In this document: piece after piece, positions 21,082 to 29,319 of the stretch
Numbering within the stretch: position 1 is the first letter of the stretch
Layout of the letters: each line of letters begins with the position of its first letter
Assembly: GCA_963702025.1 (NCBI GenBank)
Contig: OY969699.1
Span: 576,001 to 640,000 of the forward strand
Direction of reading: 5' to 3'
Length of the DNA stretch: 64,000 nt
From: an uncultured bacterium
GTDB taxonomy: Bacteria; Babelota; Babeliae; Babelales; Vermiphilaceae
Translations under genes and position numbers: made by a program
Notes under the pieces: generated by a model
Told to the model about the DNA's origin: nothing
Databases searched by the model: none
What the model saw: only the letters and a program-made list of their open reading frames with translations

Positions 21082-21339
21082 TTATTTTTCGCTTGGAATA
21101 TAAGGACGTTCGTAAAAGCTTTTGAGTAAGTATTTAGGATCAACCTCTGTTACTTGTTGGAGTGGTTTATCTTGTTCGAATTGCTTTTTTATGCTGGGAT
21201 CTTGCGTGCCATCATACTCATCTTGCAAAAAATAAATAAAATGCGAGTGGTATGAAAGGGCAGGGATGGAATTTAACATCCCGTTGGCAGCACAAGCGGT
21301 AAGTAGGCTCAATATCGGTATAAAAAATAGTTTCTCCAT
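21082..21339 (-). CDS. small hypothetical secreted protein
   Basis: Start overlaps the stop of the upstream permease; signal ends AANG-MLN. Confidence 0.6.
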   Translation of the reverse strand: MEKLFFIPILSLLTACAANGMLNSIPALSYHSHFIYFLQDEYDGTQDPSIKKQFEQDKPLQQVTEVDPKYLLKSFYERPYIPSEK

Positions 21340-22133
21340 TAGACATGATCCATCTTTTTTTTAAAAAAATACAACGCCACTATATTAAATACACCAGAAA
21401 AAAATATTAAGGCAAGGATACAAATTGGATATGCAATAAATTGATCATTGCCAACGAGGGCAGAACGTAATCCTTCAGTAATATAGGTATATGGATTCAG
21501 GAGCGCAAGCCATGAATAGATTTTAAAGCGTGAATTAAGCAACGCCCATGGCACCCAAAAACCGCCAAGGACTACCAATGGCCAGTTGATACGAATCCAG
21601 AAATAACGCACATTAAATGAACGTTTAATGAAACACATTACCGTAAGCACATATGAAGCAAAAAAATATGAGCTTACTACATTCATGAGCACTAAACCTA
21701 ACCAAGATGTATTGAGCGCATCAAAATATGAGGGCAATAAAAACCGCGCTAATGGAAAAAATGGCATAGCAATTATGAAACTAAATAATGCCGGAAATGC
21801 GAGCAGTTCAAAAAATAAAACTCGAGGGGGCAAGAGCATCATTTGATAATCGATAAAACGATCGCCCTCAATATCATACATAAGTGGTGAAATAAGCGAG
21901 AAGCAAATTTGAACGCTGTTCAATGCAAAAGTTCCCACCATCAAAATAATACTCGCCTTTGCACTTCCTGCGCCGAAAATTACTCCTGGTTGCATATAGC
22001 CAAAAATAAGAATCGCAAGTAACGGATAAATAATTAAATAATTGATGCCGTAGGTTTTTAGGCGCTTACCAAAAATATAAAAATCACGATGTAATAACTG
22101 AAAAAAAGTTTTACAAATCTCAAGGTTAAACAT
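21339..22133 (-). CDS. ABC-2 type transporter permease
   Basis: About 6 TM segments; LNPYTYITEGLRSAL. Confidence 0.85.
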   Translation of the reverse strand: MFNLEICKTFFQLLHRDFYIFGKRLKTYGINYLIIYPLLAILIFGYMQPGVIFGAGSAKASIILMVGTFALNSVQICFSLISPLMYDIEGDRFIDYQMMLLPPRVLFFELLAFPALFSFIIAMPFFPLARFLLPSYFDALNTSWLGLVLMNVVSSYFFASYVLTVMCFIKRSFNVRYFWIRINWPLVVLGGFWVPWALLNSRFKIYSWLALLNPYTYITEGLRSALVGNDQFIAYPICILALIFFSGVFNIVALYFFKKKMDHV

Positions 22134-22141
22134 TATTATTC

Positions 22142-22924
22142 CTAAATGGGATCAAGTCGGCGCCTGATTGCGCGCTGTAACAAAACGATCAATGCTGCGC
22201 TGCAGCTTAAAATAACGGTAACACAGATCCAGAGTGGTAAGTAATTGCTTTGGCCCAACATAGCAGCGCGCATACCTTCGTGAACATACGTGACGGGGCA
22301 TAATAAAAATAGTTTTGCAAAAAATGGAGAAAAAGCATACGCCTGTTTCCAGGTAAAGAATGTGCAGCCTAATAGAAACATTGGTCCTAAACGGCGAACC
22401 CAAACGTTATCTAAAAACCAAAAATAATTTAAAGAAAATGCAAAATAAATGAATATTAGCGAATAGAAGAAGACCATTAAAACAAACATTCCAATGCTTG
22501 GTATTATACGCATTTGATCTAATGGAAAGGAAGTTCCTAGAAGTAAGGTTCCTATACAAAATACCGGGATTAAGATACTAAAAATTTCTAGCATAAAGGT
22601 AAAAATATATTCAGCAAATAATAACGTTTTAGGTAACGGTAGACTCATTTGATAACGAAAGAATCTCACTTTTTCAATGTCATAGACATATCTAAATGCC
22701 ACTGCGAATGAAGTAGAAAAAATTACTTGCGTAGTAGTCCCGATGTATAGTGGTGCAATCATTGAGATAGGCATACCGAGTAACGGCAAAAATTGCCCGA
22801 TTGCAAGTGTTTGCAAAAAGACAATGATGCATCCATCAATTAGGCGCCCTGTAATATTAGCAGTGATTAAGCGAAGGTCACGATGCGCTAAGACACAAAA
22901 CGTTTGAAAATATTCACTATACAT
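22142..22924 (-). CDS. ABC-2 type transporter permease
   Basis: About 6 TM segments; CPVTYVHEGMRAAM; paralog of the downstream permease. Confidence 0.85.
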   Translation of the reverse strand: MYSEYFQTFCVLAHRDLRLITANITGRLIDGCIIVFLQTLAIGQFLPLLGMPISMIAPLYIGTTTQVIFSTSFAVAFRYVYDIEKVRFFRYQMSLPLPKTLLFAEYIFTFMLEIFSILIPVFCIGTLLLGTSFPLDQMRIIPSIGMFVLMVFFYSLIFIYFAFSLNYFWFLDNVWVRRLGPMFLLGCTFFTWKQAYAFSPFFAKLFLLCPVTYVHEGMRAAMLGQSNYLPLWICVTVILSCSAALIVLLQRAIRRRLDPI

Positions 22925-23666
22925 TTTCAGCTTCCTTAGTAAGTGTTAGAAAGATATCTTCAAGCGAAGCCATGGCATGTTGCGCTTTGAGTTCTTTTAC
23001 AGAAGCTATTAATTGAATTTTGCCTTTATTCAAAATGCATACGCGATCAGAAAGATGTTCTGCTTCATCCAGATAATGGGTGGTGAGAATAATAGTGACA
23101 CCTTGTTTTTTTAATTCTTTGATAATCTGCCATAATTTTCGTCTGATATCAGGATCCAATCCAACGGTTGGTTCATCGAGTAATACGAGTTCAGGGCTAT
23201 GCATAAGTGCACGCGCAATGAGAACACGTTGTTTTGTGCCACCTGAAAGTTGATCAATTTCAAAGGAGGCATAACGTGTTAGTTCAAGTTTATCCATTAA
23301 GACAGCTGCACGTTCTTGAATTACTGATTCGGGCAATAAAAAGTATCTGCCGGCAAAAATAAGATTATCTTTGACATTTAAGTAGGTATCAAGATTTTGT
23401 TTTTGGGGGCAAAAGCCTAATGAGCGGCGATAATTGATAATATCTTCGTAGATTGATTCACCCTTGAAAAGAATGTCACCAGCAGTTGGCGGATGGAGGG
23501 TAGCAATAATAGATGAGAGGGTGCTTTTGCCTGCACCATTGACCCCTAAAAGGCTAAAAATTTCACCATGATGAATGTCAAAGCTGACATCATCCAAAGC
23601 GCGGACAGTATTATTTCTATCAGTATAATATTTACTGATATTTTTGATTTGAAGAAAGTGGTGCAT
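22917..23666 (-). CDS. ABC transporter ATP-binding protein
   Basis: Walker A GVNGAGKS, signature LSGG, Walker B LLDEPT, TTHY. Confidence 0.95.
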   Translation of the reverse strand: MHHFLQIKNISKYYTDRNNTVRALDDVSFDIHHGEIFSLLGVNGAGKSTLSSIIATLHPPTAGDILFKGESIYEDIINYRRSLGFCPQKQNLDTYLNVKDNLIFAGRYFLLPESVIQERAAVLMDKLELTRYASFEIDQLSGGTKQRVLIARALMHSPELVLLDEPTVGLDPDIRRKLWQIIKELKKQGVTIILTTHYLDEAEHLSDRVCILNKGKIQLIASVKELKAQHAMASLEDIFLTLTKEAENV

Positions 23667-23795
23667 GAAGATAATCCTCTTTGAAGAAGAAAAGGTACCT
23701 TCATAATTTATCACATTTTGTCAAAAAAACCATTGTTAAAAATATTTTTTACCTTAGACAGCGATTTTCTGAGCTCTTTTGAATGAGCATCAAGA

Positions 23796-24455
23796 TTATT
23801 TTTTCTTGATAATTAATGCGTCTAATTTCTGGTGTAAATCCACTGGTAATGTGCGTTTCGCTTCTTCCAGTTTCATGCGACCTTCATTTATTTCCTTGGC
23901 AATGCGAAGTAAGGCTTGCTCTCCAAGTGACGGTACTTGCGCAAGGGCAATCGTTAAGCGAATAGACTCACCCTGAGTATTTGGTGACAGTTGCGTAGAG
24001 ATTCTGTCGCTTTTATATGCAATTCGCAATCTATCATGGGGAGCAGCAGTGACTTTGAAAGATTTCTGGAGCTCGGCATTTTTTTGATTGCCTTCAAGGA
24101 TGATTGAGGAATTACTATCAGGAATCTCTTTATCATTGAGCAGTGCAAAGAGGGTATATTCGGCTTGCTTAGAATCTACATTTTTTACATTTGCATCATA
24201 TGTCACTTGGTAGTTGCCGCCCGTAAGAGCTTCAAATGTTTGATTTTTTGAGTTATAATTCCATCCATTTATTGATTCGATCTTATCAAATAGTATGTTT
24301 ACTGGTGTCTGTGGTATAACTGTCATCTGAGTGCTCCGTGAATATGCTTTTACACCCATTGGCTGTACTGTTTGCGCCATTGTCGTGCTGATAAATACTG
24401 CGCCGACACTTAAAAATGCTATTATCTTTATTATAAAAATATTCATTACTTTCAC
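23796..24455 (-). CDS. secreted protein with C1q/TNF-like (BclA C-terminal-like) domain
   Basis: Signal peptide; ILFDKIESINGWNYNSKNQTFEALTGGNYQVTYDANV resembles C1q strand motifs. Confidence 0.6.
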   Translation of the reverse strand: MKVMNIFIIKIIAFLSVGAVFISTTMAQTVQPMGVKAYSRSTQMTVIPQTPVNILFDKIESINGWNYNSKNQTFEALTGGNYQVTYDANVKNVDSKQAEYTLFALLNDKEIPDSNSSIILEGNQKNAELQKSFKVTAAPHDRLRIAYKSDRISTQLSPNTQGESIRLTIALAQVPSLGEQALLRIAKEINEGRMKLEEAKRTLPVDLHQKLDALIIKKK

Positions 24456-24596
24456 TTAAACAGCTCCTATTAAATCTCATTCGATATTTTATTTCTAATA
24501 GAATTATATCAAATGGGCATTTATTATGAAAGAATATTTATAAAAATGCGCAAAAACCTTTATTTTATGCTTTTTAGAGCAACTTCTCAGCGTGCT

Positions 24597-25754
24597 TCAT
24601 TTTTGTTTCTTTTTTTCAAACTTGGCATGTTTTGCCTTTTTGACTTTAAACTGTTTTTCAAGCGATTCAACTACATCTCTAAAGCCACTATATTCAAGTT
24701 CTGTATAAGGGAGCATTGCCGGGCCGGACCAACCTTGTGATCGCATTTCCAGCGCTTTTTCTTGTGCCTTAAGCCGAATTGCATCCCAAGCGGGATTATC
24801 AAAAAAATCAACATAAAATTCTGCAAATTGTCCCTTTTTATTCATTGAAAAGCCGAGTGCTGAAATAATCGGCAGGCAATAAAACCCCGTAACTGCCGTA
24901 TTTATCGGCACTGGCATAAGTGGCATAGTATGAGATCCGCGCGAATCTCCTCCTACATAGTGAGCTTTGGTAAACGGCATTAATAGTTCTTCAGGAGCGG
25001 GGAAAATGCCTTGATTGCGCACGCTAGCAATTGGATCATCTTTTCCACTATATTTTCCTGCTATGGTGTGAAGGCGATCGGTGGATATAGAAACAACCTG
25101 TTCATTGAAACTTCGTGAATGAATTGCTTTGATGCCAAAGCGTTCATTATCGCGCAAAAGCAATGCAATTTTATAGTAATCTTCCGGCGCATTAAGGGTG
25201 ATTACCAAATCTTCATGGGGATGATTCATATCAATAATTTCAAAGGAAAAGCCTTTGATAAGTTTGGGAAGCATAAGTCCAGCGCAATACATGGGATCTG
25301 CAAAAGCGAGAAAGAATGGTAAATTAAAACAGCCCGGATCAGTTTTATCACAGGCAAAAATCATAAAGGATTCAGCGGATCGGGGATCTTTAAGAGTGTG
25401 ATCAAAGGTAATTTCTGCTACACCGGGGCCTGCGCCGCGCACATTGCCTGATGGCGCATTGGCTAAAAGATCTTGTCCGGCTCCATAGCAGCCATATCCA
25501 TGAGCAATTTTAGTAATTTTTAAAAAAGTATCCCAAGCAAAATTATGTATAGCGGGGTTATCCGTGCCATGGGCATGAGACATAATGAGCGCAATGTCAT
25601 CACCCGTATGGGTTACTAAACCATCAATGAGAAGCCCCTTTTTTATGGCTGCTCTTACTTCATGGCGAGCCATATCGAGCATTTTTAAATTAGGGGTAGT
25701 GTGTCCGCCAATGGAACCTACATCTGCCTTAATTGCGGAAATTGTTATTTTCAT
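24597..25754 (-). CDS. bifunctional fructose-1,6-bisphosphate aldolase/phosphatase (class V FBPase)
   Basis: IKADVGSIGGH, GDDIAL, YGAGQDLL, DKT, GKYSGKDDP (Tyr and Schiff-base Lys), RGSH, ELEY. Confidence 0.95.
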   Translation of the reverse strand: MKITISAIKADVGSIGGHTTPNLKMLDMARHEVRAAIKKGLLIDGLVTHTGDDIALIMSHAHGTDNPAIHNFAWDTFLKITKIAHGYGCYGAGQDLLANAPSGNVRGAGPGVAEITFDHTLKDPRSAESFMIFACDKTDPGCFNLPFFLAFADPMYCAGLMLPKLIKGFSFEIIDMNHPHEDLVITLNAPEDYYKIALLLRDNERFGIKAIHSRSFNEQVVSISTDRLHTIAGKYSGKDDPIASVRNQGIFPAPEELLMPFTKAHYVGGDSRGSHTMPLMPVPINTAVTGFYCLPIISALGFSMNKKGQFAEFYVDFFDNPAWDAIRLKAQEKALEMRSQGWSGPAMLPYTELEYSGFRDVVESLEKQFKVKKAKHAKFEKKKQK

Positions 25755-25839
25755 TATGAAATCCTTTTTTTCTTCTACTTAATCTTTATATGGTGATACC
25801 AAGAAAACAAAATGCTGTCATCTTACTTTTGGTTAAACT

Positions 25840-26370
25840 ATGAAGAAAAAAATAACTATTTTTACTATAGGCCATTCAACGCATACCATTGACGATTTTG
25901 TTACGATTTTGCGTGCGCATAACATTCAGCAAGTTATCGATGTTCGCACTATACCAAAATCACGCCATAACCCACAGTTTAATCAAGCAGTAGTGCGGCA
26001 AGATTTAAAAAATAGGCGTATTGCTTATCGCCATATGAAAGGTCTTGGCGGATTGCGCCATGCGCACAAAGATTCAATAAATCAAGGATGGCACAATGCT
26101 TCATTTCGTGGTTTTGCTGATTATATGCAAACCGACGAGTTTAAAAAAAATATTGAAAAACTCATTGCTTACGCGAGAAAAAAAAGAGTAGCAATTATGT
26201 GTGCCGAAGCGGTGCCGTGGCGATGCCATCGTTCATTAATTGGTGATGCATTATTGGTTCGTGGAGTTAATGTTGAAGATATCATAAGTAAATCTGAAAC
26301 AAAGCCGCATACCTTAACTCCATGGGCACGAGTAAAAGGTGCTGCTATCATCTATCCTGAAGAAAATTAA
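25840..26370 (+). CDS. DUF488 family protein
   Basis: FTIGHST, DVRTIPKSR, LGGLR, MCAEAVPWRCHRSLI. Confidence 0.9.
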   Translation: MKKKITIFTIGHSTHTIDDFVTILRAHNIQQVIDVRTIPKSRHNPQFNQAVVRQDLKNRRIAYRHMKGLGGLRHAHKDSINQGWHNASFRGFADYMQTDEFKKNIEKLIAYARKKRVAIMCAEAVPWRCHRSLIGDALLVRGVNVEDIISKSETKPHTLTPWARVKGAAIIYPEEN

Positions 26371-26379
26371 GGAATAGAT

Positions 26380-26895
26380 ATGGAATTGAGATTTCATAAA
26401 GAACTGTTTTTCTTGATACTTTCCTTTTTCCCAACCGTCGGCATGAGTAGCAAAGACAAAGTGCTCGCGTTACTCTTAAAAAATGCCACACAAGGATCTT
26501 TGGGTATTAAATTGCATAATTCACAGATTCTGTCTCGCGAAAAAGCACAGTACGATAAAACAACAGATATTGCGTATCAAAAAATTCATTTATCTTGGCA
26601 TGAATTTGCTGAAGATGTTCAGACAATCCATTTTTCGTTGATTGAGCCAAATGATCAGGAAGAAAAAGCACCCATTAATATATCAGTTATTTTTTTTCGT
26701 AAATTCCTTTTGCAATCTCGAAATGACAGCCAAAAGTTGCGCATGCATGTTATGAATACAAAGGGCCCTCGAGATTTTAACAGTTTTGATATACCCATAT
26801 CAGAATCTGATGAAACTCGCTCGGCCCTCGAGCTTTTTGTTGATGGCCCACATCTAGATATGGCCAAAATTAAGGTTCAGCTGACATCAGAATAA
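26380..26895 (+). CDS. hypothetical secreted protein
   Basis: AGGA RBS; hydrophobic N-terminus ends TVG-MSS. Confidence 0.65.
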   Translation: MELRFHKELFFLILSFFPTVGMSSKDKVLALLLKNATQGSLGIKLHNSQILSREKAQYDKTTDIAYQKIHLSWHEFAEDVQTIHFSLIEPNDQEEKAPINISVIFFRKFLLQSRNDSQKLRMHVMNTKGPRDFNSFDIPISESDETRSALELFVDGPHLDMAKIKVQLTSE

Positions 26896-26904
26896 TAAAA
26901 ACTC

Positions 26905-26933
26905 TTGCAAAACCATTTCCCTTTTTATATAAT
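26905..26933 (+). promoter_or_regulatory. sigma70-like promoter
   Basis: TTGCAA-17 nt-TATAAT upstream of 26999. Confidence 0.55.
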
Positions 26934-26998
26934 TACAATTAGAAATATATTTTAACTGACAGCAAGCCAATAAAGTGCTTAGCTAAAAGGGATTTTTT

Positions 26999-27559
26999 AT
27001 GAAGAGAGAAGCTGTTACTCACTGTTTATTTTCAATTGTTGCGCTTGTTTTGGGCGCATCAAGCTTTGCAATGGAAAAGCCGCGACCCACTAGTTTAAAA
27101 AAACCGAATGACATAGTGGTTACCATCGATAACACTACCGGCAAAAAGAACTATGTGTTAATCGGCAAAAAGAACTATGTGTTAATTCCAAAAAATTTTC
27201 CGCCAGATTATAGAGGTGGAGACAAAGTGTTGTTGGAGATTCCTGCGGGCCAGATTGCCAATACAGAAGTTGAATGGGCGTCACGTGTTCGAGGTCCTGC
27301 CACTACGGGTGTCTGGGAAATAGTGGATCAATCAAATAGGTCTCGTGAATTGATAGGCATGAGATTAACTTTTGGGGTTTTTGGAGAGAATGTTGAATTG
27401 AGCATAGCAGCCACCCAGATCGATGAAATAGCAACCATTCCTGTTGCAAAACAAGAAGATGCTACTTTTACTGTTGCTATAAAACTTAATAATGATGATC
27501 CTGCTCAAACAACAATTAAATTATCAACAACGATACACGAAAAAGAAAAACTAGAATAA
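26999..27559 (+). CDS. hypothetical secreted protein
   Basis: Signal ends SSFA-MEK; contains an in-frame 24-bp tandem duplication. Confidence 0.72.
   Translation: MKREAVTHCLFSIVALVLGASSFAMEKPRPTSLKKPNDIVVTIDNTTGKKNYVLIGKKNYVLIPKNFPPDYRGGDKVLLEIPAGQIANTEVEWASRVRGPATTGVWEIVDQSNRSRELIGMRLTFGVFGENVELSIAATQIDEIATIPVAKQEDATFTVAIKLNNDDPAQTTIKLSTTIHEKEKLE
27139..27186 (+). repeat. perfect 24-bp tandem duplication (GKKNYVLI x2)
   Basis: cggcaaaaagaactatgtgttaat twice, adjacent. Confidence 0.95.
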
Positions 27560-27583
27560 TTTTAGGAAATAAGGAAATATTCG

Positions 27584-28138
27584 ATGAATAATAATAAGAT
27601 GTTAAAAAATATTTTTGCCTCAATTCTCATTTTTTGCTTGCAGTGTAGCGCGATGGAACAGGGTCAAATTAGTCAACAATCAAGCTTTATGGCAACTATT
27701 GGATCAAATGATATTGCTGAGATTGAACAAGAATTGAAAGCGGGAATGAATCCCAATTTTGTTTTCTACGGCTATTCTCCCTTAACTTTAGCCGCAGATG
27801 ACGTTGCTGCTGATGATGCCGACGAAAAAGTAGTTGAATTACTTTTAAGATATAATGCGGACGTTAATATGCCTAATTGGGATACTATGACACCCTTAAT
27901 GTATGCTGCTAAAAGGGGCAATGCAAGCATGGTGCAATTACTATTGGCTCATAAAGCCAAAGTAAATATTGCAGATCAATTTAATAATACTGCGTTAACT
28001 TTTGCTGCACAAAATGGGGATAAAAAGATCTATAATATGTTAGTTGCAGCTGGTGCCACTCAAGATGCCAGAAGTAAGCAATTCCACCGAACGCCCCGGG
28101 AAATAATGCAAGAGCGGTCTGGCCGAAGTCGGGAATAA
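27584..28138 (+). CDS. secreted ankyrin-repeat protein
   Basis: SPLTLAA, TPLMYAA and TALTFAA repeats; signal ends QCSA-MEQ. Confidence 0.92.
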   Translation: MNNNKMLKNIFASILIFCLQCSAMEQGQISQQSSFMATIGSNDIAEIEQELKAGMNPNFVFYGYSPLTLAADDVAADDADEKVVELLLRYNADVNMPNWDTMTPLMYAAKRGNASMVQLLLAHKAKVNIADQFNNTALTFAAQNGDKKIYNMLVAAGATQDARSKQFHRTPREIMQERSGRSRE

Positions 28139-28288
28139 GTTTTAACCCCTCTTCTTTGCCAGGTTAGTACAGGTTCAAATCTCTATATAATTTATATCTG
28201 AACTTATATATTCCAATTTGATAGACAAAATTGCATATTTTGCTATTATTAGGGAGAAATAGCAAGTTAACCCTAAAATGACGTTTTT

Positions 28289-29188
28289 ATGAAATATACC
28301 TATTTATTATCATTTTTGATGGCGACATGGCTTGTTTTGCCCGTAATTGCAATGGAAATGCCCGAAAAAGAGCTGGCGCAAAAAGAATTACATAATAATT
28401 CAACACAATTAGCGATCATCCAAGAATCACCTAAGAGCAGATTAAAAACAGAAGATGGTGAAGATCTTAATGAGCAACTTCTTCAGGCTGTCGGCAGGGG
28501 TACGGTAAAGGAAGTTCGAAAGCTCTTGGCTCGAGGTGCTGACGTTAATACAAGGAATAGTTGTAAGGACACGCCACTTTACATAGCGATAAAACGTGAC
28601 AATCCAGAAATCATTAAACTGTTATTAGAGCAACCTGATATTAAGGTGAACTTAAAAGGAGGATACTCCAATACTACGCCGCTTGTTGAAGCAGTTTATA
28701 ATAATAAGCAAGAAATAGTTAAATTGCTTCTTGCTAAACAAGACATTGATGTAAATATGCTTCCAGATTATTATCAATGGGCGCCGCTGTATTGCGCAGT
28801 AATGAATAATAATCTTGAAATAGCAAATCTGTTGCTTGTTCGACCTGATATTAATTTGAATAAAAAATCTTCATATGGTTTTCGTGCTCTTGATCGGGCT
28901 CTAATCAGAAATAATCCAAACATGATTAAGTTGCTTCTCAACCATCAATCAACACCACCGCAAGTAGCCGCCGCATTGCGAACATTGCATAAAGACGGAA
29001 GTACCTATTTTTCATGTTTACCACGGGATCTTATTGAGATGCTAATGCTCTATCATCGCACTTATAGCATTAGCAAAAAACAGGCAAAAAAGCCATTTAT
29101 ACAAAACAAAAAAATGAAAGAATTAATCGCATCGGAATTGGCAAAACGATCACAGGATAATAAAAAAGATAAGTGTATAATTTCATAA
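28289..29188 (+). CDS. secreted ankyrin-repeat protein with F-box-like motif and C-terminal CaaX
   Basis: About 5 ankyrin repeats (TPLYIA, TPLVEA, APLYCA), YFSCLPRDLIEMLMLY, C-terminus KKDKCIIS; signal ends PVIA-MEM. Confidence 0.9.
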   Translation: MKYTYLLSFLMATWLVLPVIAMEMPEKELAQKELHNNSTQLAIIQESPKSRLKTEDGEDLNEQLLQAVGRGTVKEVRKLLARGADVNTRNSCKDTPLYIAIKRDNPEIIKLLLEQPDIKVNLKGGYSNTTPLVEAVYNNKQEIVKLLLAKQDIDVNMLPDYYQWAPLYCAVMNNNLEIANLLLVRPDINLNKKSSYGFRALDRALIRNNPNMIKLLLNHQSTPPQVAAALRTLHKDGSTYFSCLPRDLIEMLMLYHRTYSISKKQAKKPFIQNKKMKELIASELAKRSQDNKKDKCIIS

Positions 29189-29319
29189 ATACTTGTAGCG
29201 TCAAGACTGTTCAAGCCCGTCCCCATAAAATCGGCTAAATTGTTATAATTGCACCATTTTTAGTTTTGCCGTATTCTAAAATTCATATCGTCTTATTTTA
29301 ATCAAAGGTGCTGTTTACC

